Origin: Methanocellales archaeon
GTDB lineage: Archaea; Halobacteriota; JAWCLZ01
Assembly (NCBI GenBank): GCA_038850285.1
Contig: JAWCMA010000018.1
Coordinates: 1 to 24,274 of the forward strand
DNA: 24,274 nt
Direction of reading: 5' to 3'
Shown here: piece by piece, positions 16,654 through 24,274 of the stretch
Layout: every line of letters begins with the position of its first letter
Position numbering within the stretch: the stretch's first letter is position 1
The notes under the pieces: generated by a model
Told to the model about the DNA's origin: nothing
Database searches by the model: none
What the model saw: only the letters and a program-made list of their open reading frames with translations
Position numbers and translations under genes: made by a program

Positions 16654-18232
16654 TAGTTCAAAGATAGCTTTCGAGAGAGAGGTTGAGAAATTAAAATATC
16701 CAGCGATCGTGCCATTGATAGCCAGAGTTAAAACAAGCTTGAGTCCGCTTGAGGTTTATATAAATATTGCAAGGAATTATCCATATTCATATTTACTGGA
16801 ATCAGCTGAGAAGGAAAAGAGGCACGCTAGATTCTCATTCGTTGGAAGCAATCCAGATGCTGTGATTGCAGCGAAGCAAAGAAGAATATCGATTGAGATT
16901 TGCGAGGGAGAGCTATATGATTTGATTCACAATAGCTTGAAGGAAGTGAGCAAAGAAATTCAAGTAGAGGGAGATAAAATTACAGTGGAACTCAAAAAGG
17001 AATATGACACCTTCGATGCCCTTCGAAGCACGTTTAATATAGCCAAATTTCAAGGTGAAAATATTTTCAAGCGCCAAGCATTCCTCGGTGGATTAATTGG
17101 CTACTTCGCCTATGACTTGGTATATGACTGCTGGCTTAAAAAAATAAAAAATAAAAATAAAAATAAAAATAAAAATAAAAATAAAAATAAAAAGCAAGCT
17201 AGCACCCCAGATGCAATTTTCCTTCTAACTAAGCAAACCGTGGTCTTTGATCATTTGAATGATGAAGTATTCATAGTAGAAACCCCAGTTGTGCAAAGCA
17301 AGCAAGAAGCAAATAAAGCCTATGTTAGGGCTGAGGAGAGAGCAAAAGTGCTCTTAAAATCCCTAGCTGCTTCGAATTCAAGCAATATCCAAAGTTCGAG
17401 AATAAAGCCGAGATTTAAATGCAATTTAGAGAAGGAAGAGTTTGAAAAGATGGTGAAAAGAGCAAAGCAGTACATATACGATGGAGACATCTTCCAAGTA
17501 GTACTCTCCAGGCGCTATGAGGCTGAGGTAAATTTAACTCCACTTGAGATCTATAGAGCTCTGCGCCGCATAAATCCAAGTCCATATATGTATCTGCTTA
17601 AATTCCGAGAACTAGCAATAATTGGCACCTCCCCCGAAACCCTTCTTTCGATCCACAACCGCATAGTCATAAACAATCCAATCGCTGGCACTTGTGCAAG
17701 AGGAAAAACTCCTCAAGAAGACGAGGAACTAGCCAAGCAAATGCTGAATGATGAGAAAGAGATCGCAGAACACGTGATGCTTGTAGATCTAGGTAGAAAT
17801 GATGTGCGCATGGTTTCAAAGCCAGGTAGCGTTAAAGTTATCAACTTCAAGTCTGTTTTAAAATATTCCCACGTGCAGCACATTGAGAGCACAATTATCG
17901 GTGAACTTCGCGATGAATGCGATGCATTCGATGCCACTCGAGCAATCATGCCAATGGGCACGGTCTCAGGTGCTCCTAAGATAAGAGCCATGGAAATAAT
18001 CCACGAGCTTGAAAAAGATGCTAGGGGGATATATGCAGGGGGAGTGGGCTATTATGCTTGGGATGGAAGCGCTGATTTTGCAATTACAATTAGAACAATA
18101 GTGGTAAACAATGGCATCGCTAGCGTGCAAGCAGGGGCTGGAATAGTAGCGGATTCCATACCTGAGAAGGAATTCTATGAAACTGAGAGGAAAATGCGAG
18201 CTATGTTAAAAGCAATGGAGGGGGAAGAATGA
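16646..18232 (+). CDS. trpE: Anthranilate synthase component I
   Basis: [63 protein letters not shown]; contains a (KN)7 insertion. Confidence 0.97.
   Translation: MFDSSKIAFEREVEKLKYPAIVPLIARVKTSLSPLEVYINIARNYPYSYLLESAEKEKRHARFSFVGSNPDAVIAAKQRRISIEICEGELYDLIHNSLKEVSKEIQVEGDKITVELKKEYDTFDALRSTFNIAKFQGENIFKRQAFLGGLIGYFAYDLVYDCWLKKIKNKNKNKNKNKNKNKKQASTPDAIFLLTKQTVVFDHLNDEVFIVETPVVQSKQEANKAYVRAEERAKVLLKSLAASNSSNIQSSRIKPRFKCNLEKEEFEKMVKRAKQYIYDGDIFQVVLSRRYEAEVNLTPLEIYRALRRINPSPYMYLLKFRELAIIGTSPETLLSIHNRIVINNPIAGTCARGKTPQEDEELAKQMLNDEKEIAEHVMLVDLGRNDVRMVSKPGSVKVINFKSVLKYSHVQHIESTIIGELRDECDAFDATRAIMPMGTVSGAPKIRAMEIIHELEKDARGIYAGGVGYYAWDGSADFAITIRTIVVNNGIASVQAGAGIVADSIPEKEFYETERKMRAMLKAMEGEE
17147..17188 (+). 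repeat. In-frame hexanucleotide microsatellite (AAAAAT)7 inside trpE
   Basis: Seven perfect AAAAAT units within the A-rich tract 17138-17193, encoding (KN)7. Confidence 0.95.
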
Positions 18233-18804
18233 AGGTTTTATTCATAAACAACTTCGACTCATTCACCTGGAACTTAGTTGACTATGTATCCATCTTCGAG
18301 TCAAACACCATAGTGGTGGACAATACCATAAGCTTAGAAGCCGTACGCAGGATCGATCCAGATGCAATCGTGATATCCCCTGGCCCAGGGCATCCTGCTC
18401 GTAGAGCAGACATTGGCAATTGCATTGAAATAATAAGAGAATTCGGAGAGAAAATCCCCATCCTAGGAGTATGCTTAGGCCACCAAGCGATCTGCGTAGC
18501 TTACAATGGCGAGGTATCCCATTCAATCTTAGGCCCGCTGCATGGCAAGACCTCGCTTATAGTGCACGATGGAAAGAGGATTTATAGAAATGTGGCAAAT
18601 CCATTGATAGCTGGAAGATATCATTCTCTCTCCGCACAGAAGATACCCAGAGATTTAAAAGTCGTGGCAATGAGTGACGATGGCGAGGTGATGGGATTGA
18701 GGCATCGAAAAAACCTAGTCGAAGGCGTGCAATTCCACCCAGAGAGCGTACTCACCCCTGAGGGACTTAAAATCATAAAAAATTTTCTGGAACTTGCGAG
18801 GTGA
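18229..18804 (+). CDS. trpG: Anthranilate synthase component II (glutamine amidotransferase)
   Basis: NNFDSFTWNL, SPGPG, GVCLGHQ, RYHSL, GVQFHPES. Confidence 0.96.
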   Translation: MKVLFINNFDSFTWNLVDYVSIFESNTIVVDNTISLEAVRRIDPDAIVISPGPGHPARRADIGNCIEIIREFGEKIPILGVCLGHQAICVAYNGEVSHSILGPLHGKTSLIVHDGKRIYRNVANPLIAGRYHSLSAQKIPRDLKVVAMSDDGEVMGLRHRKNLVEGVQFHPESVLTPEGLKIIKNFLELAR

Positions 18805-18810
18805 TAATTT

Positions 18811-19614
18811 ACGCTGGGTAAAAAAATTCGCTTGGAGAGAATTTTCAATAGGAACACTGGCAAAACAGTTATAGTCCCCATGGACCACGGCGTAACCCTA
18901 GGTCCCATCGAGGGAATAATAAACATTAAAGAAACCGCTACTTTAATTGCAAATGGCGGCGCAGATGCAGCCCTAGTGCATAAAGGCGCGGCGCGATTCG
19001 GCTATAGAGGCTATGGTAAAGATCTAGGTTTGATTTTACATTTAACTGCAGGCACAGCTCTCAACATTGATCCAAATAAAAAGGTGCTTGTGACAAGCGT
19101 GAAAGAAGCTTTAAAAATAGGTGCTGACTGCGTAAGCGTGCGGGTAAATATAGGTGCGAATGACGAGAGTAGCATGCTTGAGATACTTGGCAATGTATCT
19201 GCGGAATGCGATGAATGGGGAATGCCGCTTTTAGCAATGATGTATGCACGTGGCGGTAAAGTGGATTCAGAGCTGCGTGTGGAATACATTAAGCACGCGG
19301 CTCGCGTTGGAGCGGAATTAGGTGCGGATATTGTTAAAACCAGCTACACAGGTGATATTGATAGTTTTAGGGAAGTAGTTAGAAGCTGCCCAGTGCCAGT
19401 TGTAATTGCAGGCGGGGTTAAAAGTGATTCCGATGAAGCTTTTCTTAAAAGCGTGAGCGATGCAATGCAAGCTGGAGCAAAAGGCGTGGCGATAGGAAGA
19501 AATATATTCCAGCATCGAAACCCCGAGCTTATGACGCGCAGGCTATGCAAGATAGTGCACGAGAACTACAGCGAAAGTGAGGTGATGAAGATAGGGTGGT
19601 GCACAAATGCATAA
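18811..19614 (+). CDS. aroA': DhnA-type class I aldolase, probable 2-amino-3,7-dideoxy-D-threo-hept-6-ulosonate (ADH) synthase
   Basis: GKKIRLERIFN, IVPMDHG, LAMMY.RG, HAARVGAELGADIVKTSYTG, GVAIGRNIFQH, closely resembling MJ0400-type enzymes. The ORF track start is TTG 18832, but conserved sequence extends upstream to ACG 18811/CTG 18814. Confidence 0.85.
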   Translation, partial: TLGKKIRLERIFNRNTGKTVIVPMDHGVTLGPIEGIINIKETATLIANGGADAALVHKGAARFGYRGYGKDLGLILHLTAGTALNIDPNKKVLVTSVKEALKIGADCVSVRVNIGANDESSMLEILGNVSAECDEWGMPLLAMMYARGGKVDSELRVEYIKHAARVGAELGADIVKTSYTGDIDSFREVVRSCPVPVVIAGGVKSDSDEAFLKSVSDAMQAGAKGVAIGRNIFQHRNPELMTRRLCKIVHENYSESEVMKIGWCTNA

Positions 19615-20377
19615 GATAATAGAAGAAATAATAAGCAGTGCAAGGCAGAGGCAAGCTATCAATAGAATTAAAGCCCGCGAGATAGAGAAGCGCGATTTAA
19701 TAGCTCAATTGAAAAAGGCAAAGGAGTCTAGGAAAATACCGGTGATAGCCGAGGTAAAACCGGCATCGCCACTTGGAGCTAAGAGATCTATATCCCCAGC
19801 TCAAGCAGCAGCTATTGCAAGGGAAATGGAAAGTGGCGGTGCAATTGCAATTTCAGTGCTCACTGAGCCAGAGTATTTCAATGGCAGCTTGGAGAATCTC
19901 GTAGCAATTCGAAGCAATGTCTCTCTACCGGTGCTGCGCAAGGACTTCATAGTAAGCGAGGCGCAGTTGTTTGAGGTGAAAGTTGATTCAATTTTACTCA
20001 TAGCAAGCTTGCTTGGATCAGAATCGAGGCACTTCGCTGAGCTAGCGATCAAACTGGGAATGGAGCCGCTTATAGAAGTACACAGCGAAAAGGATGTTGA
20101 AGTAGCTCTCGCAATAAATGCAAAGTTAATTGGTATAAATAATCGAGACTTCGAGTCGCTTACCATAGACCTGAGGAGAACTGAAAAGCTAGCGCCTTTA
20201 ATTAAAAGGCAAGATGAGGAAGTATTCGTAATCAGCGAGAGTGGAATTGAGAATGCGGCTGATGTTCAGCGTATTATAAATGCAGGTGCAGATGGAATTC
20301 TAGTTGGAAGCGCGATTATGAATAGCGGGAATATTAAAGCAAAAACGCTTGAACTCGTAAATGCACTTAGAGCGTGA
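19607..20377 (+). CDS. trpC: Indole-3-glycerol phosphate synthase
   Basis: [51 protein letters not shown]. Confidence 0.96.
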   Translation: MHKIIEEIISSARQRQAINRIKAREIEKRDLIAQLKKAKESRKIPVIAEVKPASPLGAKRSISPAQAAAIAREMESGGAIAISVLTEPEYFNGSLENLVAIRSNVSLPVLRKDFIVSEAQLFEVKVDSILLIASLLGSESRHFAELAIKLGMEPLIEVHSEKDVEVALAINAKLIGINNRDFESLTIDLRRTEKLAPLIKRQDEEVFVISESGIENAADVQRIINAGADGILVGSAIMNSGNIKAKTLELVNALRA

Positions 20378-21573
20378 TTGCAGTGAAAGGCAAATTCGGC
20401 AGATTTGGAGGTCAATATGTAGCGGAAACACTTATGCCCGCGCTCATTGAGTTAGAAGAGGCTTTTGAGAAGTATTCTAAGGATAGCGAATTTCAGAGCA
20501 AGCTTGACTATTACTTGCGGGAATATGCAGGTAGACCTACTCCCCTCTATTTCGCTCCTAGATTAAGCGAGCATTGCAGGCTCAAGGTTTACCTCAAGCG
20601 CGAAGATCTATGCCATGGAGGTGCGCATAAAATTAACAATGTCCTCGGTCAAGCTTTACTAGCCCAGCAGCTGGGGAAGAAAAGGGTTATAGCGGAGACC
20701 GGTGCAGGGCAGCACGGCATAGCCGTGGCAATGGCGTGTGCGGCTCTTGGTCTTGAATGCGAGATCTACATGGGCACGAGGGATATGGAGAGGCAGAGGT
20801 TGAATGTTTTTCGCATGCGACTTATGGGTGCAAAGGTAACCCCAGTGCACAGCGGCTCCAAAACTTTGAAAGATGCCATAAGCGAAGCTCTCCGCGACTG
20901 GGCAGCGAATGTCACTACAACACACTATCTATTAGGATCAGCTCTTGGTCCCCATCCATATCCAACAATGGTGAGGGAGTTTCAAAGGGTAATTGGCAGA
21001 GAGGCAAAGCAGCAGATACTAGAGAGGGAAAAGCGCTTGCCAAATGCGATAATCGCCTGCATCGGGGGAGGGAGCAATTCCATAGGGATCTTCTATGAAT
21101 TTTTAGAGGATGATGTGAAGCTATATGCGGTGGAGGCAGGGGGAATTGAGCTCCGTCAAGATGAAGTTAAAGCTAGGCACGCTGCAAGGCTAGTTGCAGG
21201 CAGCGAGGGAATACTGCATGGCACCCGAAGCATAGTGCTTCAAAATAGCGAGGGGCAGATCCTTGAAACCCACAGTATAAGCGCGGGCTTGGATTACTCA
21301 GCAGTTGGACCTGAAATTGCCTATCTAGCTGAAAAAGGGAGAATTCTACCTAGATATGCCTTTGATAGAGAAGCACTTCAAGCTTTTCAAGCCTGCTGCA
21401 AGCTAGAGGGCATACTTCCAGCGCTTGAAAGTGCTCATGCAATTGCCTTCGCTATGAAGGCAGTGGAAACAGGGGAAATAGAGGAAAATTCTCTGATTAT
21501 AATAAATCTCTCGGGTAGAGGAGATAAAGATGTTGAAACCGTGGCGAGGGAAATAGGTGAGTCGAATCACTGA
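20374..21573 (+). CDS. trpB: Tryptophan synthase beta chain (TrpB1)
   Basis: [55 protein letters not shown]. Confidence 0.98.
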   Translation: MIAVKGKFGRFGGQYVAETLMPALIELEEAFEKYSKDSEFQSKLDYYLREYAGRPTPLYFAPRLSEHCRLKVYLKREDLCHGGAHKINNVLGQALLAQQLGKKRVIAETGAGQHGIAVAMACAALGLECEIYMGTRDMERQRLNVFRMRLMGAKVTPVHSGSKTLKDAISEALRDWAANVTTTHYLLGSALGPHPYPTMVREFQRVIGREAKQQILEREKRLPNAIIACIGGGSNSIGIFYEFLEDDVKLYAVEAGGIELRQDEVKARHAARLVAGSEGILHGTRSIVLQNSEGQILETHSISAGLDYSAVGPEIAYLAEKGRILPRYAFDREALQAFQACCKLEGILPALESAHAIAFAMKAVETGEIEENSLIIINLSGRGDKDVETVAREIGESNH

Positions 21574-22348
21574 AGTATTTGAGAAATTGAAGTGTAAGGG
21601 TGAAAAAGCATTGATAGCCTATATAATGGCAGGCGATCCCTCCCTACTTGCAACCAAGGACTACTTCTTTGCTCTAGTGGATGCAGGTGTGGATATCGTT
21701 GAACTGGGAATTCCTTTTTCAGATCCAATTGCCGATGGGACAGTGATTCAAGGAGCTAGCGATAGAGCCCTTAAAAGTGGAACCACCCCTAGCAAGGTAA
21801 TGGCACTTGTGAGGCAAATTCGAATGGAAAATGCCACAACTCCCATTATATTAATGACCTATTACAATATCTTCTTTAAATACGGTTTGGAGAGATTTGC
21901 TCGAGAGGTAAGTGGAATTGTTGATGGCTTTATCGTGCCAGATTTACCTGTGGAAGAATCAGCTGAATTCCTAAGCTATTGCAGGAAATATGACCTAGAT
22001 TTAATATTCTTAATTGCTCCCACCACTCCAGTTGATAGAATTAAGCAGATAATTAGGCAAAGCAGGGGCTTTGTCTACTTGGTATCACGCTTAGGAGTAA
22101 CAGGAGCTAGAGCTGATCTCGCGGGTAGCGCAATTGAAGTATTGGAAAGGGTTAAGGGATGCAGCATTCCAAAAGCAATTGGATTTGGCATCTCTAAGCC
22201 TGAGCATGTTAAAGCTATAGCAAATGCAGGAGCGGATGGAATTGTAGTTGGCTCTGCGTTTGTTCAAATAATTGAGCAAGGGGGCGATGTTTCCGAGAGG
22301 CTGAGAAAACTAGCCATGGAGTTAAAGGTTGCAACGCGGAAGAATTAA
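21557..22348 (+). CDS. trpA: Tryptophan synthase alpha chain
   Basis: [53 protein letters not shown]. Confidence 0.98.
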   Translation: MSRITEVFEKLKCKGEKALIAYIMAGDPSLLATKDYFFALVDAGVDIVELGIPFSDPIADGTVIQGASDRALKSGTTPSKVMALVRQIRMENATTPIILMTYYNIFFKYGLERFAREVSGIVDGFIVPDLPVEESAEFLSYCRKYDLDLIFLIAPTTPVDRIKQIIRQSRGFVYLVSRLGVTGARADLAGSAIEVLERVKGCSIPKAIGFGISKPEHVKAIANAGADGIVVGSAFVQIIEQGGDVSERLRKLAMELKVATRKN

Positions 22349-22373
22349 GCTTGCAATGGCATTATTTTAAAAT

Positions 22374-23243
22374 GTGAGAAAAGCGCTTCAAAAGGGACAG
22401 AGGATAAGTAAAATATCAGTCGTGGTGCTGATCTCGATTTTCTTAATAGAGGTATTATGTGGAATATATACTGGCAGCATAGGGTTAATTGCAAATGGTA
22501 TGCATTCCGCGGGCGATGCCCTTGTTTCCTTCATAGTGTGGTTTGGACTTCGCCTTGCCCAGCGAGAGCCAGATGAGCGCTTCCACTATGGCTATCATAA
22601 AGCTGAAACTCTATCAGCTTTAATTGCTGCTATGCTTATCTTTGGAATTGGTGCAGTGATTCTATATGAATCATATCTGCGATTGATGCAGCCAGTAGTG
22701 CTATATCTCCCCTCGCTTGCAATTTTAATAGCATTGATGGCTGGCTTGAACTCTGGGGTGCTTGCCATTTACAAGCTTAAAATCGCTAGAGAGGCGGGAT
22801 CTAATGCTATCTCAATAGATGCTAAAAATCAGCTCAAGGACTGCTTTGCTTCATTCATCGTATTAGTTGGAGTTCTCTTCTCCACTTTCGGTTTCCCTCA
22901 GATGGATGCCATTGCAGGTGTAATCATAGCACTCTTCATCTTCACAATAGTCTATGTCACGGTGAAGGAAAGCGCCTATATATTAATGGATGCTTGCGTT
23001 AAATGCGATGGCATAGCGAGCATTAAGCATATAGCTGAGAATTTAAAGGGCGTGAGGAAGGTTCAAGATCTTAAGCTGAGGTCTCTAGGTCCATTTGTGA
23101 TGGGGGAGATGGAAATAGCGGTTGATGCTTGGCTCTCGATTCAAGAGGTAAAGATAATTAAGGATACAATTGAGGAGCGGGTTAAAAATCAATTTCCATA
23201 TATAACTAGGCTAACCATAGAGGTGGAGCCTTATCAAGCTTGA
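22374..23243 (+). CDS. Cation diffusion facilitator (FieF-like) transporter
   Basis: About six hydrophobic helices, HSAGD in TM2, PDERFHYGYHKAE, and a C-terminal domain ending in TIEVEP. Confidence 0.92.
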   Translation: MRKALQKGQRISKISVVVLISIFLIEVLCGIYTGSIGLIANGMHSAGDALVSFIVWFGLRLAQREPDERFHYGYHKAETLSALIAAMLIFGIGAVILYESYLRLMQPVVLYLPSLAILIALMAGLNSGVLAIYKLKIAREAGSNAISIDAKNQLKDCFASFIVLVGVLFSTFGFPQMDAIAGVIIALFIFTIVYVTVKESAYILMDACVKCDGIASIKHIAENLKGVRKVQDLKLRSLGPFVMGEMEIAVDAWLSIQEVKIIKDTIEERVKNQFPYITRLTIEVEPYQA

Positions 23244-23255
23244 GGAAGTTCAGCG

Positions 23256-23699
23256 CTATACATATACTCTTGGGTCTTCTTTTGCAGTGCCTAGGGCTAC
23301 GTGGGTTATGGTTCTTTCCACATATTCAGTTGAAAGCAGGGATTTAACAAACTTGCTGAGTTCTTCTCTATTCTTAAACCTCGCTATAACTATTGCATCA
23401 CTCGTGCCTGTTACATCGTAAACTCCATAGACATTGGGATCTTTAGCGATCTCTCTTTGAACATCTAAGAGCTTTCCCCTGGATATGACTAATTCGATGA
23501 TTGCAACTAGGTCATAGCCAAGTTTCTGGGGATTTAATATAGCGGTGTAGCCTTGAATAACTCCCTGCTTCTCAAGTTCTCTAATTCTAGCTGCAACAGT
23601 TACTACCGAGAGCTTAGTTCTCCTAGCTATTTCTCGAAAAGAAAGCCTAGCGTCTGCTATCAATTCCCTGAGGATCTTAACATCCTTTTCCTCCAGCAT
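23256..23699 (-). CDS. Lrp/AsnC family transcriptional regulator
   Basis: DVKILRELIADARLSFREIA...RIRELEKQGVIQGY HTH; VYDVTGTSD RAM domain. Confidence 0.95.
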   Translation of the reverse strand: MLEEKDVKILRELIADARLSFREIARRTKLSVVTVAARIRELEKQGVIQGYTAILNPQKLGYDLVAIIELVISRGKLLDVQREIAKDPNVYGVYDVTGTSDAIVIARFKNREELSKFVKSLLSTEYVERTITHVALGTAKEDPRVYV

Positions 23700-23782
23700 A
23701 CAATCGCATACCTTTTGGCTTTTTATTTAAACAAATGTAAAGAAAAAATATAAATATTTATCGCAAATAAAATCCTAATAGG

Positions 23783-23807
23783 TAGGAAATATGATGCCTT
23801 TTTCCTA
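23783..23807. promoter_or_regulatory. Inverted repeat TAGGAAA-N11-TTTCCTA next to a TATA-like element (candidate operator)
   Basis: Perfect 7-bp arms at 23783-23789 and 23801-23807, followed by aatatatttaaata, in the divergent lrp / glutamate-synthase-like intergenic region. Confidence 0.4.
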
Positions 23808-23856
23808 AATATATTTAAATAGTTATCTCTTGTTTAAGTAAGGGGAGCTGAAGCAG

Positions 23857-24274
23857 TTGTATAAGCGCTATCATATAGCTACAAAGGCTGTGCCCTTGAG
23901 ATACGGGCAAGTGGGAAGATTTAAAATTGAGAGGAGCAAGCGATGCATGCACTGCGGGATATGCGCTGGGGTTTGCCTGTTTAAAGTGCATAAAAGAAGG
24001 AAGGAAAAGCCTCAATTAATGGCAGAGCCGAAGTCTGAGCTATGCAAGGGCTGCTTCCGCTGCATTTTCAGCTGTCCGATAAATGCTTTAACCATTTCTA
24101 AAAACCCAGAATTCTACGAGCTTAAGAATAGCATTTACACGCCTGATATAATAAGCACCATATGGTATGAAGCAGCCACCGGTAAAATTCCAGTATCTGG
24201 AGCGGGCTATCGCGGGCCATTCTCAGGCTCTGGATTTGATTCTATGTCGACGGATATGTCTGAAATAGTGAGGC
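23857..24274 (+). CDS. Glutamate synthase-related FMN-binding protein with an N-terminal 2x[4Fe-4S] ferredoxin; runs off the right edge
   Basis: Not in the ORF track. TTG 23857 after GGGGAG: MYKRYHIATKAVPLRY...CMHCGICAGVC...CKGCFRCIFSCP...WYEAATGKIPVSGAGYRGPFSGSGFDSMSTDMSEIVR, open to the window end. Confidence 0.85.
   Translation, partial: MYKRYHIATKAVPLRYGQVGRFKIERSKRCMHCGICAGVCLFKVHKRRKEKPQLMAEPKSELCKGCFRCIFSCPINALTISKNPEFYELKNSIYTPDIISTIWYEAATGKIPVSGAGYRGPFSGSGFDSMSTDMSEIVR

Noticed and set aside
23785-23805. NrpR operator upstream of the glutamate-synthase-like gene
   Set aside because: The GGAA...TTCC spacing is 13 nt, not the canonical GGAA-N6-TTCC.
1-24274. CRISPR array, tRNA/rRNA genes, IS elements or proviral genes
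   Set aside because: No repeat-spacer periodicity, no GC-rich structured intergenic segment, and no transposase or integrase ORF seen; intergenic gaps are short and AT-rich.

Overview
AT-rich archaeal (euryarchaeal, Halobacteriota-like; inferred from protein families and gene order) chromosomal window made mostly of housekeeping genes. From left to right: a partial GT4 glycosyltransferase and a helical hypothetical protein; a DUF89/ARMT1 phosphatase leading into brix-pcc1-pfdB-DUF3194-DHH; an uncharacterised accessory block (4.3-6.4 kb); a LOG-family gene and a UbiB/ABC1 kinase with Cys-rich inserts; a minus-strand run prf1-argS-pncA-pncB-tyw1-translin; a trpD-F-E-G-aroA'-C-B-A operon; a CDF transporter; and an Lrp regulator divergent from a partial ferredoxin/glutamate-synthase-related gene. 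The best candidate for an undescribed system is the 4.3-6.4 kb block. It has an orphan protein, an archaemetzincin-like protein lacking the catalytic Glu (HLLGH), an unannotated 38-aa AN1-like zinc-finger microprotein and a canonical AN1 zinc-finger protein. Other anomalies are a frameshift near the 3' end of tyw1, an apparent ACG/CTG start for aroA', and an in-frame (AAAAAT)7 microsatellite in trpE. I saw no rRNA, tRNA, CRISPR array or mobile element.
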